In this document: piece after piece, positions 59,466 to 64,000 of the stretch
Layout of the letters: every line of letters starts with the position of its first letter
How positions within the stretch are numbered: position 1 is the first letter of the stretch
Assembly: GCA_965215185.1 (NCBI GenBank)
Contig: OZ244034.1
Coordinates: 256,001-320,000, forward strand
Length of the DNA: 64,000 nt
Origin: Acidimicrobiia bacterium
Lineage (GTDB): Bacteria > Actinomycetota > Acidimicrobiia > Spongiisociales > ZC4RG35
Direction of reading: 5' to 3'
The notes under the pieces: model-generated
Told to the model about the DNA's origin: nothing
The model's input: the letters and a program-made list of their open reading frames with translations, nothing else
Databases searched by the model: none
Program-made: the position numbers and the translations under genes

Positions 59466-61985
59466 TCAGGACTTCATCCGTTCATTGTCGGGGTCAAAGA
59501 GGGGAGTGCTGCCTGCCACCGCCACGGTCACCGGATAGGTTTGGTTTATGTACATCACGGCCAATCCTTCACCGACCACCGCATGAGAGGGAGGCAGATA
59601 GGCCAAGAGCAGGTATTTGCCCACCGAGGGGCCATTGCCGGCGCTGGTGACATAGGAGGGTCGGCCATGGCCGTCCACGATACGCTCCCCATCAGCGGTA
59701 AGGATCGGCTCATTGCCGCTCATGTAACGCTTGATACCGGAAGCCGATGTGTGATCCTCCACGGTCAGGGTGCACAGAATCGCCGCCGGGTCCTGTTGGC
59801 GGGCAGCCAGGTAGGGGGTCTTGCCGATGAAGTCGGCCGCTTTCACCTTAGGTCGAGCCAGTCCAGCCTCGACCGGATTGTATTCGGACTCCAATTCGGC
59901 GCCCATCAGCCGATAACCCTTCTCCAAGCGTCCGGTGGTGCCGTATACCCCGATCCCAACCGGGACGATGCCCCAGTCTTGTCCGGCCTCCCACAACATG
60001 TCCCATAGCCGGAGCCCCTGTTCCATGGGGACCGAGATCTCCCATCCCAACTCTCCCACATAGGAGATGCGCAGCATCAGAGTGTCGATCCCGCCCAGGT
60101 TCACATGTTTCACCCATCCGTAGCGGAAGCCCTCGTTGGAGACGTCGTCGGTGGTCAAACTTTCTATCACCCGGCGGGCGTTGGGACCCCACAGACCCAC
60201 CGTGGAGATGGCGGAGGTACGGTCCACGAATGTGACCGATCCGTCGTTGGGAACGTGCTTGCGGAACCAGTACCGGTCCCGAGCGCCATCGCCCCCACCA
60301 CTGATCACCCGGTAGTGTTCCTCTCCGAGCCGAAGAATGGTGAGATCGGCCCGAAAGCCCCCGGTCTCGGTCAGAAGCGGGGTGTAAACCGCCCGACCCA
60401 CCGCCACATCGCACTGGTTGACAGCCATCTTCTGGATGTAGTCCACTGTCCCGGGACCGGTGACGTCGAAAATGGCGAAGGCGGTTAGGTCCACCATCCC
60501 GACGTTTTCCCGCATGGCGAGATGCTCGGCGTTGATGACTGGTGACCACCACCGAGCGTCCCACTCGTGGTCTCGTCCCAGGACGCCATACTTTTCCACC
60601 AGTGGGGCGTTGACTTCGTACCATTGGGGCCTTTCCCATCCGCCTCCCTCAAAGAAGACGGCGCCCAGCTCCACCTGGCGGGGGTAGGCGGGCACGGTTC
60701 GAACCATCCGATTGGATTCCCACTGCTCGCGGGGATGGACGATGCCGTAGGTCTTGTTGAAATGCTCGGAGCAGCGGGCGTATATGTGGTATTCGCTGCG
60801 GGCGTAACGGTAGAAGCGGGCGATGTCGGAGGAATGCGGATCGATTTCGGGGTATCCCTGGGTCATCCACTGGGCGACCATTTTCCCCACACCCGGTCCT
60901 TCCTTGATCCAAACCGCTGCCGCTGACCACAGGTTCTTGACCTCCACAGTTTCCCCCAGTAGCGGCATGGCGTCGGGAGTAAGGGACAGGAGTCCGTTGA
61001 TGGCGTAACGAATCTCGGCCTGAGCGAGAATCTCCGGCATCAGTTCCAGGGCGTGTTCCATCTGCAAGTCAAAGTCTTCGTCTGTGAACGGAAGTTCGGT
61101 GGGGGAGAGCAGTGATTCCCCCAGAGAGGGGATCTGATCAGGATGATGGAAGATCGGGCGGTGGGCGTACGATCCCACCTCCATGGAACCGGCGGTCTGC
61201 CGCTCGTACATGTAGGTGTCCATGTCGCGTACGATCGGGTAGCCGATCTCGGACCGGGTGTCCTGTAGAACCGGAATGGGTCCGACATCAATCATCTGGT
61301 GTACGGCGGGGGTAAGGGGGATAGTCGCCCCGGCCATTCGGGCCATCTGTGGGCTCCACACCCCGCAGGCGATAACCACGTAGTCGGTTTCAATCCGGCC
61401 CCGGTCGGTAATCACAGCCCGTATTGCGCCACCTACCACCTCCATGCCCAGCACCTCGGTGTTGGGAACAACAGTGAGAGCATCCCGGGTCTGGGCCCGC
61501 TCGCGCATGATGGTTCCCGCCCGCAGGGAGTCGACCACCGTCACTCCAGGGCTGTAGAAGCCACCCAGAACCACATCCTGGTTGATGAAGGGAACCAATT
61601 TCTTGACTTCGGCGGGAGAGATGAGGTATGACTCGACTCCCCAGGCGGTGGCAGATGTCATCCGTCGCCGAAACTCTTCCATACGCTCGGGGGTGCGCGC
61701 CACTTCGATTCCCCCCGAGACCGTCATCACTCCCATCTCCCGATACTGGGAGGTGGAGTCGAGGGTCAGCATGGTCATTTCTTTGGAGTGGTCGACCGGA
61801 AAACAAAAGTTGGAGGCATGGCCGGTTGAACCACCGGGGTTGGGCAGAGGGCCTTTGTCGATCTGCACGATGTCCCTCCAACCCATCTCGGCCAGGTGTC
61901 CAACCAACGAGTTTCCTGCTATGCCGGCCCCAATGACTATGACCTGGGCGCTGGTGGGAAAGTCCATATCTTCACTCCCTATCAT
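59466..61985 (-). CDS. GcvT-family FAD-dependent dehydrogenase (dimethylglycine/sarcosine dehydrogenase-like)
   Basis: GAGIAG, GGSTGHA, TPDAMPLLG, GWERP, RISYVGELGWE and RLEKGYR. Confidence 0.92.
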   Translation of the reverse strand: MIGSEDMDFPTSAQVIVIGAGIAGNSLVGHLAEMGWRDIVQIDKGPLPNPGGSTGHASNFCFPVDHSKEMTMLTLDSTSQYREMGVMTVSGGIEVARTPERMEEFRRRMTSATAWGVESYLISPAEVKKLVPFINQDVVLGGFYSPGVTVVDSLRAGTIMRERAQTRDALTVVPNTEVLGMEVVGGAIRAVITDRGRIETDYVVIACGVWSPQMARMAGATIPLTPAVHQMIDVGPIPVLQDTRSEIGYPIVRDMDTYMYERQTAGSMEVGSYAHRPIFHHPDQIPSLGESLLSPTELPFTDEDFDLQMEHALELMPEILAQAEIRYAINGLLSLTPDAMPLLGETVEVKNLWSAAAVWIKEGPGVGKMVAQWMTQGYPEIDPHSSDIARFYRYARSEYHIYARCSEHFNKTYGIVHPREQWESNRMVRTVPAYPRQVELGAVFFEGGGWERPQWYEVNAPLVEKYGVLGRDHEWDARWWSPVINAEHLAMRENVGMVDLTAFAIFDVTGPGTVDYIQKMAVNQCDVAVGRAVYTPLLTETGGFRADLTILRLGEEHYRVISGGGDGARDRYWFRKHVPNDGSVTFVDRTSAISTVGLWGPNARRVIESLTTDDVSNEGFRYGWVKHVNLGGIDTLMLRISYVGELGWEISVPMEQGLRLWDMLWEAGQDWGIVPVGIGVYGTTGRLEKGYRLMGAELESEYNPVEAGLARPKVKAADFIGKTPYLAARQQDPAAILCTLTVEDHTSASGIKRYMSGNEPILTADGERIVDGHGRPSYVTSAGNGPSVGKYLLLAYLPPSHAVVGEGLAVMYINQTYPVTVAVAGSTPLFDPDNERMKS

Positions 61986-62026
61986 GGATTTGGTTCTTGT
62001 GGCTAGTCGACGCGGTTGCGCGAGGC

Positions 62027-62043
62027 GTTTACAATGTGTAAAC
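62027..62043. promoter_or_regulatory. putative operator GTTnACA-N3-TGTnAAC, copy 2 (perfect palindrome) in the divergent promoter
   Basis: GTTTACA-ATG-TGTAAAC. Confidence 0.55.
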
Positions 62044-62138
62044 TTTACTCGAATCTTAGGTAAAGTTCTTCTCTTGAGTTCTCACCGTAAGATCTCTTGT
62101 CCATCGGCAGCGGCCATCACCTTCCAATAGGAGAAATC

Positions 62139-62825
62139 ATGAGCGAAGATTTCGACTTGGGGTCCCTCGACGACGAGGAACTCGTCTATCAAATGCATGA
62201 CGATCTCTACGACGGCCTAGCCGATGAGATCGCCGCAGGAACCCTAATTCTACTGGGTCGTTCGTGGGAGGCCCAAAGGGTGCTGAATGATGCGCTTGTG
62301 GAGGGCATGCGCATCGTGGGAATAGATTTCCGCGACGGGATCCTCTTCGTACCTGAGGTGCTCTTGGCCGCCAGAGCCATGAAGGCCGGTATGGAGATAC
62401 TGCGACCCATACTGTCCGCCTCGGGCGTGGAGGCGGTCGGCAAAGTGGTGATCGGAACGGTCAAGGGAGATATTCACGACATCGGGAAGAATCTGGTGGG
62501 GATGATGTTGGAGGGCGCCGGATTCGAGGTGTTCGACCTGGGCATCAATACCGACGCTGCGGAGTTTCTGGAGGCCCTTGAGGAACATGAACCCGACATT
62601 CTGGGGATGTCGGCGCTGCTGACCACCACTATGCCCTACATGAAAGTGGTGATCGACGCTCTCAAGGATCGGGAAATCCGGGAGGAATACATCGTCTTGG
62701 TGGGCGGTGCGCCCCTCAACGAGGAATTCGGGGAGGCGGTGGGTGCCGATGCCTACTGTCGGGACGCAGCCATTGCTGCTGAGACAGCCCAGACCCTGAT
62801 TGCCAAGAAGCGCGCCAATGCCTAG
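62139..62825 (+). CDS. corrinoid (B12-binding) methyltransferase protein
   Basis: FVPEVLLAA cap, GTVKGDIHDIGKNLV (DxHxxG), MSALLTTTM and VGGAP; AGGAG RBS. Confidence 0.95.
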   Translation: MSEDFDLGSLDDEELVYQMHDDLYDGLADEIAAGTLILLGRSWEAQRVLNDALVEGMRIVGIDFRDGILFVPEVLLAARAMKAGMEILRPILSASGVEAVGKVVIGTVKGDIHDIGKNLVGMMLEGAGFEVFDLGINTDAAEFLEALEEHEPDILGMSALLTTTMPYMKVVIDALKDREIREEYIVLVGGAPLNEEFGEAVGADAYCRDAAIAAETAQTLIAKKRANA

Positions 62826-62840
62826 CACGGGAATCCGGAG

Positions 62841-63764
62841 ATGACCGAAACGGTTGTCTCCTCTGCCACTCGGGAGTGGGTGATTGGACCGAATCGCCCC
62901 TTCACGATCATCGGCGAGCGGATCAACCCCACCGGAAGGAAACTGTTGGCCGCCGAGATGAAGAGCGGAGACTTCAGCAGGGTGGAGGCTGACGCCCTAG
63001 CTCAGGTGCAAGGTGGCGCCCACATGTTGGATGTGAATGCCGGGATACCACTGGCCGACGAGCCCGCCATCCTGGCCGAGGCCATAAAGCTGGTGCAGTC
63101 GCTTACCGATGTTCCTCTTTCCATCGACTCGTCCATAGTGGAGGCGCTGGAGGCAGGATTGGGGGTCTATCAGGGGAAGGCCCTGGTCAACTCGGTGACG
63201 GGCGAGGACGAGGTGATGGAGAGGGTGTTGCCGCTGGTGGCCAAACATGGAGCGGCGGTGGTGGCCATCTCCAACGACGAGACCGGTATCTCCGAGGATC
63301 CGGATGTCCGCTTTGAGGTGGCAAAAAAGATCGTGTCCCGCGCGTCGGACTACGGGATTCCGGCACGGGATGTGGTGGTTGACCCATTGGTGATGCCGAT
63401 CGGTGCGCTGGCCAACGCCGGCCGACAGGTCTTCCACATCCTGGGTCGCCTCAGAGACGAACTGGGCGTCAACTCCACCTGCGGAGCATCCAACGTCAGC
63501 TTTGGGCTCCCCAACCGGGCGGCTATCCACTCGGCTTTCCTGACCATGGCGATCAGCGCCGGACTCACTTCAGCTATCACCAATCCACTTCACGCTGAAG
63601 TTCGCACCGCGGTGATGGCAGCCGATGTGATGATGGCCAATGATCCGGAGTGTGCTCGATGGATCCGGGCCTACCGCGCTCCCCTCGCTTCGGGTAGGGG
63701 CTCTTCTCGAAGGGGAGGTGGTCGTCGGCGGACCGGACAAGGCGCCGATGACCGAAACGGTTGA
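62841..63764 (+). CDS. methyltetrahydrofolate:corrinoid methyltransferase (pterin-binding domain)
   Basis: IIGERINPTG, LDVNAG, SIDSS, LVNSV, VDPL and GASNVSFGLP. Confidence 0.92.
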   Translation: MTETVVSSATREWVIGPNRPFTIIGERINPTGRKLLAAEMKSGDFSRVEADALAQVQGGAHMLDVNAGIPLADEPAILAEAIKLVQSLTDVPLSIDSSIVEALEAGLGVYQGKALVNSVTGEDEVMERVLPLVAKHGAAVVAISNDETGISEDPDVRFEVAKKIVSRASDYGIPARDVVVDPLVMPIGALANAGRQVFHILGRLRDELGVNSTCGASNVSFGLPNRAAIHSAFLTMAISAGLTSAITNPLHAEVRTAVMAADVMMANDPECARWIRAYRAPLASGRGSSRRGGGRRRTGQGADDRNG

Positions 63765-64000
63765 ACCCCGGATAATCTTCACGCCTTCGGGGCGGAGGGG
63801 TCGGGTACCCCGGGGGACGACGGTGCTGGAGGCGGCGCGGTCGGTGGGCGCCGACCTCGCTTCCTTGTGTGGGGGGAGGGGGATCTGTGGTCGGTGTCAG
63901 ATGACTCCGGTTTTGGGGGAGTTCGCCAAGCACGGGATCTCGGTGGGACCGGAGGCGCTGAGCGAGTGGTCGGAGACCGAGTCTTCCTACCGGGAGCGTC
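63748..64000 (+). CDS. RACo/ASKHA corrinoid reductive activator, N-terminal 2Fe-2S domain (partial, runs off the window)
   Basis: MTETVEPRIIFTPSGRRG...TVLEAARSVG...CGGRGICGRC; context next to corrinoid genes. Confidence 0.8.
   Translation, partial: MTETVEPRIIFTPSGRRGRVPRGTTVLEAARSVGADLASLCGGRGICGRCQMTPVLGEFAKHGISVGPEALSEWSETESSYRER

Noticed and set aside
62139-63764. Fragmented metH pseudogene
   Set aside because: Both ORFs are intact with their own RBS and starts; the domain order and the RACo neighbour fit a modular corrinoid methyltransferase system.

Overview
High-GC bacterial window, probably Actinomycetota (inferred from GC-rich codons, lipoprotein substrate-binding proteins and likely leaderless starts). 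It has two parts. (1) About 1-31.6 kb is a decaying defence island and integration hotspot. It holds an Mrr-like endonuclease remnant, an anti-phage-type dCTP deaminase and an IS481 end. It also holds a 22-kb Dpd (7-deazaguanine DNA modification/restriction) cluster: a YaaA/DUF328-like gene, a broken DGQHR gene, dpdA, dpdB, split dpdE, then dpdF-G-H-(I)-J-K-D. No preQ0 synthesis genes are in the window. Four co-oriented P4-type tyrosine integrase copies are present, two of which bracket the Dpd cluster as direct repeats. (2) About 32-64 kb is metabolic. It begins with a GntR-PfkB-BtpA-sugar ABC operon carrying two unannotated small proteins, then a dihydropyrimidinase-like gene, a nucleoside phosphorylase/MFS/ABC/TPP-enzyme block and twin MFS genes. 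It ends with a betaine/carnitine-type methylamine cluster: CaiD-like hydratase, ProVWX-like transporter with a double-domain binding protein, ETF, GcvT-family dehydrogenase, corrinoid protein, methyl-THF methyltransferase and a partial RACo activator. All calls come from motif recognition by eye; no database searches were run.
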